Source: Pseudobdellovibrionaceae bacterium
GTDB taxonomy: Bacteria; Bdellovibrionota; Bdellovibrionia; Bdellovibrionales; Bdellovibrionaceae
NCBI GenBank assembly: GCA_044359815.1
Contig: JBIKLL010000018.1
Coordinates: 1-39,053, forward strand
Length of the DNA: 39,053 nt
Reading direction: 5' to 3'
Made by a program: the position numbers and the translations under genes. Positions 27,938-37,826 of the stretch are shown here, piece after piece. The first letter of the stretch is position 1, and every line of letters begins with the position of its first letter. The notes beneath the pieces are model-generated. The model made no database searches. It was given only the letters and a program-made list of their open reading frames with translations, and had not been told where the DNA came from.

Positions 27938-29874
27938 TGAGGCTCCTTTGAAAAATACCTGATCCAGTTTTCAAAGCTTCTGTAAAATAACATAGGCATC
28001 TGAGAAGAATTTAAAACCAAAGCTCCATGTTGCCCGGTGAAAGTCGAGCTAACGCCTGAAGGTGTTGCTGAAACAGTTTCCGGTGTAACGTCCCAGCTGC
28101 CAGAAGTTCCTGCAGTTTTTGAGGCAATCAAGATTCCAGAATCACTTGGCGAATGAAACGATATCCAAATTTTTCCATTTGTATCGACTCTGATTCCAGG
28201 TTTGCTGGCGATGGAAGTGATCGTACCAACAACATAGTTAGGTCTTTCGCCCGAAAATTCAGTGCTTCCAACAGCAGCGCAGGTCAAAACTCCTGAGCCG
28301 CTTGGGCAGGTAACAACTCTGATTGCAGAAGCAGTGGAATCGTAGTGGGCAATATAGGGGATGTCATTGCTGTCTAGATAGAAATCAATTCCTTCACCAC
28401 GAATATTTGATCCTTGTCCGCTGGTATCAATCGCCATGCAAGTCCAAGTATATGTAGATGAAGTTTCTGCCTCATTTGCATAGGCCAGTTTCAGTGATTT
28501 AATTCCTGAAACCGCTCCCTGATAAACAATCACAGGCCTGCCTGTGCTGGTCCAATGCAGATTTGCATACACACCGATTGCTGCGCTGGTGTTGGTGTCA
28601 CAGCCCGTACCGCTGGAACCTGGTCCATCAACTATATATCTGCGCCATCCACCATTTTTGGTTTTTTTAGCAAACTTTAATCTTTGGCCAGTAACACCAG
28701 TTGAAAAATCATAATAAGCCACACCCACCGTGTAATCTGATGACACATCTATTGAAGTGTACTGACCTACGTTTCTGGTAGAGGCAGTTGAGCCATCGAC
28801 GCGTTCCACAGCAAATGTGGCTCCACCATTACTTGAACTGGCTACAGTCAGATAACCACTACTCGCAGCAACGCCTTGATCTAAAAATGCAATCCAAGGA
28901 TTGCTTGAGGGATCAAAGGTCAATGAAGGATGCAGACCATTCATAAATGTCGTTGCACCAGCAATAGAATTTGCGACCATTCTTTCGCCAAAAACCGGAG
29001 CCATCACTCCGCCACCGCGGACTCCTTAATATAGATGGGAATTCGGACCGACGGTTCCAGCCTCTTGATAGAAAAACGCATAGCCAACATTGCCATTCGG
29101 GGCTACGGCAGCATCCAGCATAGGTACAGCTGTTGATGAAGCTACGAAATTTGTTTGATCAATCCATCTATGAGTTACAAAACCTGTCGTTGCATTGATG
29201 TCAGCTTCAAAAGCATCGAACACTTTTATGTCTTGTCCGATCGCACCTGCACCTGCGGCTGTCAGAGCTCCATAGGATCCCCACAATGTGCTGGTAGAGC
29301 TGTCAAATGCAAATCCTCCAATGGCTCCATTGGTGATTGATTCAACTGTCACTTGATCGGGTGAAATATTCCAGTTTGCTGAAAGTGCAGATGAGATTTT
29401 ATTCAAAACCAGACTGGTTCCTGCAGCAGCGGTCAGTGATGCTAAATAAAAATTTGTTCCATCAGCAGCAACCCTCAGGCCCAAGGTGCCTTGGGCAGCG
29501 GTCGCATGGGCGCGAACCGTGGACCATGCGTCAGTTGTCAGGCCACTGGTGCAAGCATTAGCAGACTGTGTACTTAAAATTCCAGTGGCAATTCCAGCAG
29601 GTGATGTCAATGGTGTTGGCGCTATAGAAAAATAACTTAAAAATATTCTCCCAGTGATAGGATCAATAGCAATGCTGCTGCGGTTTCCTTGGTTAGCTGC
29701 TGCAGATGACGAGGCGGGTGTGGTCGACACACATGTTCCTGAACAACCCGCAGTAAAATCTAATCCCTGCCATGACGAACATGAGCCGTTAGAATTTGCT
29801 GTAGCACATTTTAATAAAAACAATTGAGTGCTGGCACTGGGGGTATTGTCCAGAGTCGCAGTGCTAACAACCAT
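27934..29874 (-). pseudogene. Split beta-propeller-like surface protein gene: two in-frame ORFs separated by a single TAA, probably also 5'-truncated
   Basis: Minus strand reads CAT CTA TAT TAA GGA GTC CGC GGT GGC GGA GTG ATG in one frame; both halves share the S/T/G-rich repeat style (IAFLD, VAYYD, IAHYD, LSYF); no signal peptide at 29874. Confidence 0.7.
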
Positions 29875-29887
29875 TCCTACTTAAGTC

Positions 29888-31120
29888 TTATCTTTCTGAT
29901 CGAAAGTTTTTTCTGAATTTAAATTTTTTCTTACCAAATCGTTGGTGTTGCCCTGGACGATTTCTGTCCTGACCTCTGGCAGTTTGCTGCTCTGAATTTC
30001 TGGACCCACGTCCAGAGTATCCAGGTTGTCCACCACCTTCTTGGCGATCGATAAAGCGAGTGATTGCGTGCCACTTAACCTTATCTTCAGGGGTCATCAG
30101 ACAAAGGGCTGTGCCTTCTTTGCCATTTCGGCCGGTTCGTCCAATTCTATGTATGTAGTCTTCTGGTGCTTCTGGCAAATCGTAATTGATTACGGTTTCA
30201 ATGTGATCAACATCAATCCCTCTGGCAGCAATATCAGTTGCCACTAAAATTCTGAATTCGCCGTCACGAAATCCCTTAAGGGCAGATTGCCTTTGGGCTT
30301 GGCTTCTTCCGCCATGAATTCTGGAAACTGTAAATCCATATTCTGTCAGAAACTTTGCCACTTTGTCGGTGCGGTGTTTTGTGCGAGCAAAAACTAAAAC
30401 AGAACCAGTGCGGGCATTTAATTGATCCATCAAAGTATCGTTTTTATTTTTCGCAATTGTGTCGACTAAAATTTGAGTGATTTTCTGAACAGGTTTTTTG
30501 ACTTCACCGACTTCGATTTTTACGGGATTTTTTAAATAAGCACTGGTCAGATCCAAAATTTGTTTTGGGAAAGTCGCGGAAAATAACAGTGTCTGTCGGC
30601 TTTCAGGAATGTATTTTCTGATAACCTTTAATTGAGGCGCAAAACCCATGTCCAGCATGCGATCGGCCTCGTCCAGCACAAACATTCCAGTCTTGGATAA
30701 ATCAACTGACTTATGCTGAAGGTGATCGACCAATCGGCCTGGTGTCGCAACAAAAATTCGGGGATTGCGTCTAAGCGCGTTCAATTGCAAATGCATTGAA
30801 GCTCCACCAATCAATATCACTGGTTCACAATTGGGAATTCCGCGAACAAATTGCTTAATCACATCATTAATTTGGATAGCCAATTCGCGAGTTGGAGCCA
30901 GGATCACGGCAGTTTTTTGAGGATTTTTAATTAAGAAATCAATTAGAGGTAAACTGAACGCAGCGGTCTTTCCCGTGCCAGTCTGTGCACTCCCGATGAC
31001 GTCCTTTCCCTTTAGTACTACGGGAATGGCCTTGGCCTGTATAGGCGTAGGCACTAAAAACTGCATTTTGTCCAAGTTAAGCTTCAATTGATTGGGTAAA
31101 CCGAATTCTGCAAATGTCAT
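29888..31120 (-). CDS. DEAD-box RNA helicase (RhlE-like)
   Basis: PTPIQ, AQTGTGKT, PTRELA, TPGRL, DEAD, SAT, ARGID, HRIGRTGR; ATG at 31120 likely. Confidence 0.96.
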   Translation of the reverse strand: MTFAEFGLPNQLKLNLDKMQFLVPTPIQAKAIPVVLKGKDVIGSAQTGTGKTAAFSLPLIDFLIKNPQKTAVILAPTRELAIQINDVIKQFVRGIPNCEPVILIGGASMHLQLNALRRNPRIFVATPGRLVDHLQHKSVDLSKTGMFVLDEADRMLDMGFAPQLKVIRKYIPESRQTLLFSATFPKQILDLTSAYLKNPVKIEVGEVKKPVQKITQILVDTIAKNKNDTLMDQLNARTGSVLVFARTKHRTDKVAKFLTEYGFTVSRIHGGRSQAQRQSALKGFRDGEFRILVATDIAARGIDVDHIETVINYDLPEAPEDYIHRIGRTGRNGKEGTALCLMTPEDKVKWHAITRFIDRQEGGGQPGYSGRGSRNSEQQTARGQDRNRPGQHQRFGKKKFKFRKNFRSER

Positions 31121-31218
31121 GAGCGCAACCTGACACACGAAAGCATTTATAGCTATACATTATTGATTCTTAGAAATAATTTTTGTACCAAGATGTCTTT
31201 GGTTCAAAGGAGATTTTT

Positions 31219-31518
31219 ATGATGAAAGAATTTGTTGGGTTCTTAAAGCAATATGGAGTGATTGGATTAGCCATAGCGGTGATAATTGGCGGTAAACTCA
31301 ATGACTTGGTATCAAGTGTGGTGAGCGATTTGTTGATGCCCTTGGTATTTCAGCCAGCATTGCGGGCGGCACAAGTCGATGACATCAGAAAGCTTAGCTA
31401 CAATGGGATTCTGTACGGTAAGGTTTTGGGCAGCGCTGTGGATTTTTTAATAGTGGCATTTGTAGTGTTTTTACTGGCAAAGATGGTTTTGCGGGAAAAA
31501 GAAGTCAGTAAAAAATAA
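31219..31518 (+). CDS. mscL: Large-conductance mechanosensitive channel MscL (short form)
   Basis: MKEFVGFL, IGLAIAVIIG, LVSSVVSDLLMP, YGKVL...DFLIVAFVVF; AAGGAG SD. Confidence 0.88.
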   Translation: MMKEFVGFLKQYGVIGLAIAVIIGGKLNDLVSSVVSDLLMPLVFQPALRAAQVDDIRKLSYNGILYGKVLGSAVDFLIVAFVVFLLAKMVLREKEVSKK

Positions 31519-31529
31519 ATTCTTAAGTA

Positions 31530-31979
31530 TTAATCACTAGCTACTGAGTTCTTAAGCTCTTTCCTGATAAACGGCGAAACTTCCACCAGAAGTTTCATAA
31601 TAGGATGTGAGGAGCTTTCACCGAATTCCTCAACGGCCAACAATGCAATATTCATCCAAAAGTCTGGCTTTTTGTAGAACTCGCCGTTTTTGGATTTTCT
31701 TTCACTGGCCCAGGTCGCTATGAACTTTGAAATCAATTCCATCATCATCGTTCGCATTCTGTTGATTTGTTGTTCCAGCTTATACAAGCCCCAGGCGGGT
31801 AGTATCACTCCGACGGTTAAGACGCCCAGGCCTATGAAAAACAGCTCCAGGTTTGCCATCTCATGGGTTTGCAGAAACCGAATCCCTGCATTGAGTCCCC
31901 AGCAGATAAACAGCACATTCAACGCCAAGGTTACCTGTAAAACACGTTTATAAAAGTAATATTTTTTTAACAAAAACAT
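31530..31979 (-). CDS. Hypothetical two-TM membrane protein
   Basis: Two hydrophobic helices followed by a soluble tail; 6 nt downstream of the preceding gene. Confidence 0.65.
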   Translation of the reverse strand: MFLLKKYYFYKRVLQVTLALNVLFICWGLNAGIRFLQTHEMANLELFFIGLGVLTVGVILPAWGLYKLEQQINRMRTMMMELISKFIATWASERKSKNGEFYKKPDFWMNIALLAVEEFGESSSHPIMKLLVEVSPFIRKELKNSVASD

Positions 31980-31985
31980 GGTGGC

Positions 31986-33647
31986 TCACTTTGGCTGGAG
32001 GGTTTTTGTAATCACATCGAGCAGTTCAAAACGTTTCTTTTGATTTTTTTCAAACATGTCATCAGATTCTTTTTGCTTTGATTCAGAATCTTCCAGCAGA
32101 GTTTTAATTTCTTTCTGTGCTTGATTGATTTCTGATACTTTTTCCAGTTTTTCTTTTAAGTATTTCTTAAGAGTCTCGGCAATTTTTTTACGTCTTTCCA
32201 ACAGATCGACCAGACTTTTTTGTAACGCAGGCTTTTTAGAGTCTTCGGGCTCCTCGATCAGTTTGATCTTGGTATCGCGAAAGTCCTTAGCGACCTTATG
32301 CCGCTCATCCAGAGTGGATTTGATGTCAAATTTTTCAGTCATGATTCTGTATTTCATTTGTCTAAAGCTATCAACGGATCGAAAGTACAGATCCCAGGAT
32401 TTCAAAAAATCTTCCCTTTGTATTTTCAGTTTGGCTTGATTGGATTTGATCGCAGAATGCAGTTTTGAAATCTTGTTTTTGCTGGATCCAGACCAGTTTT
32501 TAATATCAGTGCCTTGGCCTTTGTGGTCTTTGGAATCCTGGCTGTCTTGATCCTCAGAATCGCTTTTTGAATCATCATCTGAATCTTCGCTGTCTTGGTC
32601 CAATTTTATTCTGGACAGCACTTCCATCATTTTCGTGTAAGCTTTTGGCAGTAGGTTGTTGGATTCAAAGACAGCGCCTTTATCCAACAACATTATAACT
32701 GTTTGAAAGTCAGTGATTATGGAATCAGAAATTTTAGCACCATCAAAATGTGAGCCTGTCAGCAAGGCTTTGTCGAAATTAATTCGACTCAAGACTGTGT
32801 CCCTGAAGTCTGAGTATCTCAAATCAGTCCCATAAAAATTAATATTGTGCAGATGAGATTCTTTGAAGCTGATTCCAATCAGGTTTTGGTTGCTCAAATC
32901 CAGATTGCTGACGGGTTTTCCACCTTGATGTCCACAAGATGTAATCTGAAACTCGTTGTAGCCGATTTCAAAATCGTCATTCAAACACAGTTTTGCATCT
33001 TTGTTCCATTCGTAAATGCTGGAATCAGATTGAGGAATGGGGACCTGGTCGCTTTCACTGATCACAGGCAGATTAGGATCGGATCCTTGGCCGTGCTGAT
33101 TGGATGGTTGGGTCGTGGTTGTAGATAATGTAGTGGTAGTGATTAGTTGAGTCGTCGATGTCGTTGTGCTGGTAGTTGTGGTAGCCGGAGTAGTTGTTGT
33201 TGTGACAACTGCAGGAACAGTTGTGGTTGTTGAGCTGATAGTAGTTGTAGTGGGCTGCGCCGTTGTTGTCGTGGATGGAACTGTAGTTGTCGTTGTGATG
33301 GTGCTGGTCGTTGTGGTTGATAAAATGGTCGTTGTAGTTGTCGTGCTGGTTGTACCGCCCGAAGCTATAACTGACAGAACAGTGGTAGTAGTTTTAGGTG
33401 CATTGGTAGTCGTAGTTGCTAAGGTTGTTGTGGTATCGCTAATGGTTTCACCGCCACCAGTGGGTGGGATTTCAGGTTGAGGGTTTGGCGTTGTGGGAAT
33501 AGGCTCAGTTCCCGGACTGGTCACGGCACTAGGTGGTGCTGCGTTTTCTGACAAACAACCCGTGGTTACCAAACCAAATATGCTAATAATAAAAATCAGT
33601 AGTCTGATTTTCAGATGGGACTCCTTTGCGAATTCAGGTGAATCCAC
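31986..33647 (-). CDS. Putative lipoprotein with Thr-rich linker, pentapeptide repeats, acidic patch and coiled coil
   Basis: Hydrophobic N-terminus ending TTGC; poly-Thr tract; pentapeptide-like FYGTDLRYSDFRDTVLSRINFDKALLTGSHFDGAKI; K/E heptads. Confidence 0.78.
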   Translation of the reverse strand: MDSPEFAKESHLKIRLLIFIISIFGLVTTGCLSENAAPPSAVTSPGTEPIPTTPNPQPEIPPTGGGETISDTTTTLATTTTNAPKTTTTVLSVIASGGTTSTTTTTTILSTTTTSTITTTTTVPSTTTTAQPTTTTISSTTTTVPAVVTTTTTPATTTTSTTTSTTQLITTTTLSTTTTQPSNQHGQGSDPNLPVISESDQVPIPQSDSSIYEWNKDAKLCLNDDFEIGYNEFQITSCGHQGGKPVSNLDLSNQNLIGISFKESHLHNINFYGTDLRYSDFRDTVLSRINFDKALLTGSHFDGAKISDSIITDFQTVIMLLDKGAVFESNNLLPKAYTKMMEVLSRIKLDQDSEDSDDDSKSDSEDQDSQDSKDHKGQGTDIKNWSGSSKNKISKLHSAIKSNQAKLKIQREDFLKSWDLYFRSVDSFRQMKYRIMTEKFDIKSTLDERHKVAKDFRDTKIKLIEEPEDSKKPALQKSLVDLLERRKKIAETLKKYLKEKLEKVSEINQAQKEIKTLLEDSESKQKESDDMFEKNQKKRFELLDVITKTLQPK

Positions 33648-33810
33648 AATAGGACCTTTCGGGATATTTTGGATTAATCTAAAAACCTACCAACCTAGGT
33701 CCAGGTGAATCAGTCAGATGTCCTGTTCCTATTTAATTTTTATATTTAATAAATGCTATTTCAAAGTGGTAGCAGTGGTTTCCATATAGCCGCAGGCCAG
33801 TTGTATGGAA

Positions 33811-34419
33811 TCACCACCAATAGGTTTGGTTTTCTAAAGGGATTCCCTTCAAAAAACGATGATAAAATTTCAAGTACCTGGTTTTTGAAGATTTCATTTT
33901 TATATGTTTTTTTTCCAGATAATAATTTTCGGTGGCCCACAGATTTTTGTTTGAAAATCTCCAGTTGGTTTTAGTCTCGTCTAAATTAATTAACTGATAG
34001 GCTGTGATTTTTCCGGCACCATCAATATAAGGATCAAAATAACTCCATGCCAAATCGCGAATGGATCTAAAAACTGGTTTTCGCCCATGCAGTCCTTCGT
34101 CACGCGATTGTCCAATGGATCCCCATTTGCCATTTTGCTTGAAAACATAAATCACGTGGTCCAATCCATCTTGGCTTTCAAAACTTACGGTTAGGGGTGG
34201 GAATCCACGCAGTTCTAATATGGCTGCGGCAACCATGGCGCCTTCCATGCAGTGAGCTTTGTTTTGCAATACCGAATCCAATGCAGACAGCATGGTTTTA
34301 TTTTTATTGTATTTTAATTTTCTGATAAAGCCTTGTACCCGAAGCGGTGTCGGGTACCGGAGTGATAATTTTTTAAATATTTTTTCGAAACTTTTTTGTC
34401 TGGATAAATTATTAGCCAT
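33811..34419 (-). CDS. Conserved hypothetical protein, possibly transglutaminase-like Cys/His fold
   Basis: AHCMEGA...DHVIYVFKQNGKWGSIG...GRKPVFRSIRDLAWSYFDPY. Confidence 0.7.
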   Translation of the reverse strand: MANNLSRQKSFEKIFKKLSLRYPTPLRVQGFIRKLKYNKNKTMLSALDSVLQNKAHCMEGAMVAAAILELRGFPPLTVSFESQDGLDHVIYVFKQNGKWGSIGQSRDEGLHGRKPVFRSIRDLAWSYFDPYIDGAGKITAYQLINLDETKTNWRFSNKNLWATENYYLEKKHIKMKSSKTRYLKFYHRFLKGIPLENQTYWW

Positions 34420-34421
34420 TT

Positions 34422-35609
34422 TTAATCAAAAATAACATCAGCGAAAATCATCCAGTGATCTGAAGGATTTGTTTCCCTTTCATTAAAATTTCTAGGAAGT
34501 GGTTTTTGTTTACCGTCAGGAAACAAATAGGGAACGATTCCGGATTCGACAACTTTAATAAATTGGCTTCCTAAAACCAAAATTCCATCGACCTGTTTGT
34601 AGTCTTTTTCTCCACCGCGGCTAAAATAGGCGTGAGTGACTCGATCTTGGTGTTTAATAACGTTTGGACTGATATCAAAAACATCTTTGTAGCCAGCTCT
34701 GGGATAACCCATCATTTCATTTTGACCATTTAAATTATTGTTAAAATCTCCAGCGATAAAAACTGGGACCTTCTGGCCAAAATAATTATAAACTTGCTCT
34801 AAGATTTTAATTGAAGTGTGAACTTGGTGGGTTCGCAGACGGTTGCCTTCGCCGTCGGCTTCTATGCCCTTACTGTGTTCGGGGCGAACATTCATTTTAG
34901 ATTTAAAATGAGTTCCAGCTAAAACAAATAACGGTTTTTCGCGATTGCCTTTGGCATATACAATTGCCATGGGCAGGTCTCTTGAAAAAATCAATTCTTG
35001 AATGCCTTTGTTCGGTGGAGCTCGGGCTTGTCGGTTGCTGACGTATTCAATTTCGATCGGAAGATTCTTTTTAACTAAATAGACAATGTCCATTCCGCGA
35101 ACGTCGTTACCCTTGATGTACAAGACATCGTATTTGTCCTCCAGAAACCTTCTGGAAAATTCTTTGGCAGCTGCTGCGCCTTGAACTTCGGGGCAGACTA
35201 TAATGTCAGCATTTGCCCGCAGCATGGTTCGTCCCTGTTCGGCAATTCTGGCAATTGATTTTGGTTTATATCTGAGGTTCTGCGGTAGGTTTTTATTGTT
35301 CCTACGAAATTCGTTGGCTTCGCTGAGTGCGTATTCGCCAATATTGTACATATTGTATTCGGCAATTCTGAGCTTTCTGCCAGGCGACCATTGCTCGGTC
35401 GTAGATCCTTTGTAAGATAATATTTCCCCCAGCGAACCTGGGCGCCAACTTCCTATCGCTGGAGCTTCAGCGGTGAACACATCGTCGCATCGACCCTGTG
35501 CAAAAGACGATTGAGTACCTAAAACTGACAGACCTATAGCTACGCCTATCAATAGCTTTTTGAATAAAGCTAAACTAATAGACGGCGTGCTTGCGTGATA
35601 TCCCCTCAC
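34422..35609 (-). CDS. Secreted endonuclease/exonuclease/phosphatase-family protein
   Basis: Signal peptide; YNMYN, ADIIVCPEV, THFKSK, AGDFN, VDGIL, PSDHWMI. Confidence 0.88.
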   Translation of the reverse strand: MRGYHASTPSISLALFKKLLIGVAIGLSVLGTQSSFAQGRCDDVFTAEAPAIGSWRPGSLGEILSYKGSTTEQWSPGRKLRIAEYNMYNIGEYALSEANEFRRNNKNLPQNLRYKPKSIARIAEQGRTMLRANADIIVCPEVQGAAAAKEFSRRFLEDKYDVLYIKGNDVRGMDIVYLVKKNLPIEIEYVSNRQARAPPNKGIQELIFSRDLPMAIVYAKGNREKPLFVLAGTHFKSKMNVRPEHSKGIEADGEGNRLRTHQVHTSIKILEQVYNYFGQKVPVFIAGDFNNNLNGQNEMMGYPRAGYKDVFDISPNVIKHQDRVTHAYFSRGGEKDYKQVDGILVLGSQFIKVVESGIVPYLFPDGKQKPLPRNFNERETNPSDHWMIFADVIFD

Positions 35610-35748
35610 TGCGAACCCCCTCAGATTGTTTGCAAGAATCTATCAACAGAAGTTTTCTGAATTGAACAAAACATTTTCTGAAAATCACTAATTTGAAATT
35701 TTTTTAGATCAATCTTGTATTTGCCTAAAATTTAATTAGGCTAGCTGT

Positions 35749-36219
35749 ATGGATCATAAGCAATTTATGCTGAGAGCTATAAAATTATCTGTGGAAAACG
35801 TGAAATTACGGAGCGGTGGTCCATTTGGAGCAGTGGTTGTTTTAGACAATAAAATAATCGGCGAGGGCTTCAATCAGGTGACTGAAACCAACGATCCAAC
35901 GGCACATGCCGAGGTTCAGGCGATCAGAGATGCCTGCAAAAAAATCGGAAATTTTGATTTATCAAAGGCTGTTATTTACACCAGCTGTGAACCCTGTCCC
36001 ATGTGTTTGTCTGCAATTTATTGGGCTCGAATCAGCAAGATTTATTTTGGAAATACAAAACAGGATGCCGCCAGCATTAATTTTGATGATCAATTTATTT
36101 ATGAGCAGATTCCATTGGATCCAAAGCTCAGAAAGATCAGCAGCGAGCAGTTATTGTCAGATCAAGCTATCGTCGCATTTAATGAATGGCAGAAAAAAGA
36201 AAACAAAACCCCATACTGA
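35749..36219 (+). CDS. Nucleoside/guanine deaminase (cytidine deaminase fold, GuaD-like)
   Basis: GGPFGAVVV, DPTAHAEV, SCEPCPMCLSAIYWA, FDDQFIY. Confidence 0.92.
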   Translation: MDHKQFMLRAIKLSVENVKLRSGGPFGAVVVLDNKIIGEGFNQVTETNDPTAHAEVQAIRDACKKIGNFDLSKAVIYTSCEPCPMCLSAIYWARISKIYFGNTKQDAASINFDDQFIYEQIPLDPKLRKISSEQLLSDQAIVAFNEWQKKENKTPY

Positions 36220-36296
36220 TTAAATGTTAGCGATTGATCAGAAATATTTTGCCGGAAAAAGGCGATTACTAAATTAATTGTTTGTTCAGATCAGAT

Positions 36297-36536
36297 CTAA
36301 AAATCGTAATCAGAAGAGGTCATTCGTTTTGCTTTTTTGTGCTTCTTGGCTACTTTTTTAGCCTTCTTTTTGTCCTTTTTGCTGACCTTGTGCTTTTGCT
36401 TCAGTTTTTGTTTTTTCATTTTTTTGTGTTTGTTGCTGATACTGGCAGCTTTTCGGGATTGTTTACCTTCTTTGCAGGCATAAGTAGGTGTCGTAAACAT
36501 TAAAGTTGTAGCAATCAAAGCGCTGAGTAATTTCAT
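36297..36536 (-). CDS. Small exported, very Lys-rich protein (79 aa)
   Basis: ATG at 36536 after an AGGGGAG SD; signal peptide MKLLSALIATTLMFTTPTYA, then a K/H-rich tail. Confidence 0.7.
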   Translation of the reverse strand: MKLLSALIATTLMFTTPTYACKEGKQSRKAASISNKHKKMKKQKLKQKHKVSKKDKKKAKKVAKKHKKAKRMTSSDYDF

Positions 36537-36678
36537 TGCAAGGCTCCCCTGTTGTTTTCTGTACTGGATACTCATCGGACGTTTGTCTGAAAAACAAAAC
36601 GAAGGTCTGGCAATAAAACAGCGCAGAATTGTTTTATTTTTGGACAGGCTGTGATTAAAACGGCTAAAATTGATCCAC

Positions 36679-37083
36679 ATGGATGTAAACAGACTTAAGT
36701 CCGAGATATTTTTTAAAGCCCACAGGAGCTCAGGACCCGGGGGGCAGAATGTTAATAAAGTGTCTTCTGCTATAGAGCTTAATTGGGATTATAAAAACTC
36801 ATTGGTGGTTAACGATCATCAAAAATATTTGATCGAATCCAAGCTGTCCGCGTGGATTAATGCTGATGGAATATTTAAAATAAAATCTGATGTGTTCAGG
36901 GATCAACCCAGAAATAAAGTTGAATGTCTGGAAAAACTGGAAGATCTTTTAAAAAAGTGTTTTGAAAAGCCCAAAAGAAGAATACCTACCAAGCCCACCA
37001 GGTCATCTCGCGAAAGAAAATTGCAGAGTAAGCATCAAAGGGCCGAAATCAAAACTCACAGAAGAAAAGTCGATTACGACTAA
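36679..37083 (+). CDS. arfB: Alternative ribosome rescue factor ArfB (peptidyl-tRNA hydrolase)
   Basis: RSSGPGGQNVNKVSS; basic tail KPKRRIPTKPTRSSRERKL. Confidence 0.93.
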   Translation: MDVNRLKSEIFFKAHRSSGPGGQNVNKVSSAIELNWDYKNSLVVNDHQKYLIESKLSAWINADGIFKIKSDVFRDQPRNKVECLEKLEDLLKKCFEKPKRRIPTKPTRSSRERKLQSKHQRAEIKTHRRKVDYD

Positions 37084-37164
37084 GCCTGTGATAATCTAGT
37101 ATACGGATTTCAAAACCTAGTGTCTCATTTTGATAACAACGTCCTAGTTTCAACCACTTACCGT

Positions 37165-37180
37165 GGGCAGCTAGATTGCA
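37165..37180 (+). promoter_or_regulatory. Candidate sigma-54 (-24/-12) promoter
   Basis: GGGCAGCTAGATTGCA (GG-N10-GC), 27 nt upstream of the 37208 start. Confidence 0.45.
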
Positions 37181-37207
37181 GTTTTTTAGGTTAAAGGGGC
37201 GTTATCA

Positions 37208-37780
37208 GTGAGAAAAATCTTAGTCTGTTTATACCTGATTGTTAATTTAGGTTGTGGGGGAGGCATTCCGACAGTCACGGAAATGTCATCCATTTCTGAT
37301 CTGGTAAAAGTCACATGCTATGATGGCTCCACAGCTATGTGCAGGCCCGCTGAAACAGTTACTTGTAACAACGGACAAACTATTACTTGTCCCAGCTTCA
37401 GTGTTTCGGCTCAAGCTTATGCAGGATCTTGTTCATTCGCTAGCGCTTCAGCACAGTATATAGCAACTCAACATTCATGTTGGGAGTATTTTACGGATCA
37501 GGATTTTACTGTTGGCTGTGCAAATTTTGGTGGAACTTTTTCCAGTAACAACTGCAGCTACAGTGTCGGCGATGGACGTTGTGAATACCAGTATTATGAC
37601 AACCTGAAAGCAATGACTAAGCGCCAATACGTGTATTATAAAAGCAGTGATTTGCAGGTCGCTGGATCTATTGCCAACACTCAAGGAAAAGCGGCTTGTA
37701 AAACCAGTTTTGATCCAATCCCATCGACACAAACAATTTGGTCAGAATACAATGGGACCGATTGGGTAGTTTCAAATTAA
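37208..37780 (+). CDS. Cys-rich lipoprotein
   Basis: Lipobox-like NLGC; many paired Cys; AAGGGG SD. Confidence 0.75.
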   Translation: MRKILVCLYLIVNLGCGGGIPTVTEMSSISDLVKVTCYDGSTAMCRPAETVTCNNGQTITCPSFSVSAQAYAGSCSFASASAQYIATQHSCWEYFTDQDFTVGCANFGGTFSSNNCSYSVGDGRCEYQYYDNLKAMTKRQYVYYKSSDLQVAGSIANTQGKAACKTSFDPIPSTQTIWSEYNGTDWVVSN

Positions 37781-37826
37781 ATTTTAGCGATTATTGATAA
37801 GAGCGTGATCCCTAATCAAAGTGATT

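Noticed and set aside
29026..29028. Selenocysteine, pyrrolysine or alternative genetic code at the in-frame stop
   Set aside because: The codon is TAA, which ends many genes in this window; Sec and Pyl use TGA and TAG.
33166..33480. Val-rich plus-strand ORF
   Set aside because: Antisense shadow of the Thr-rich tract.
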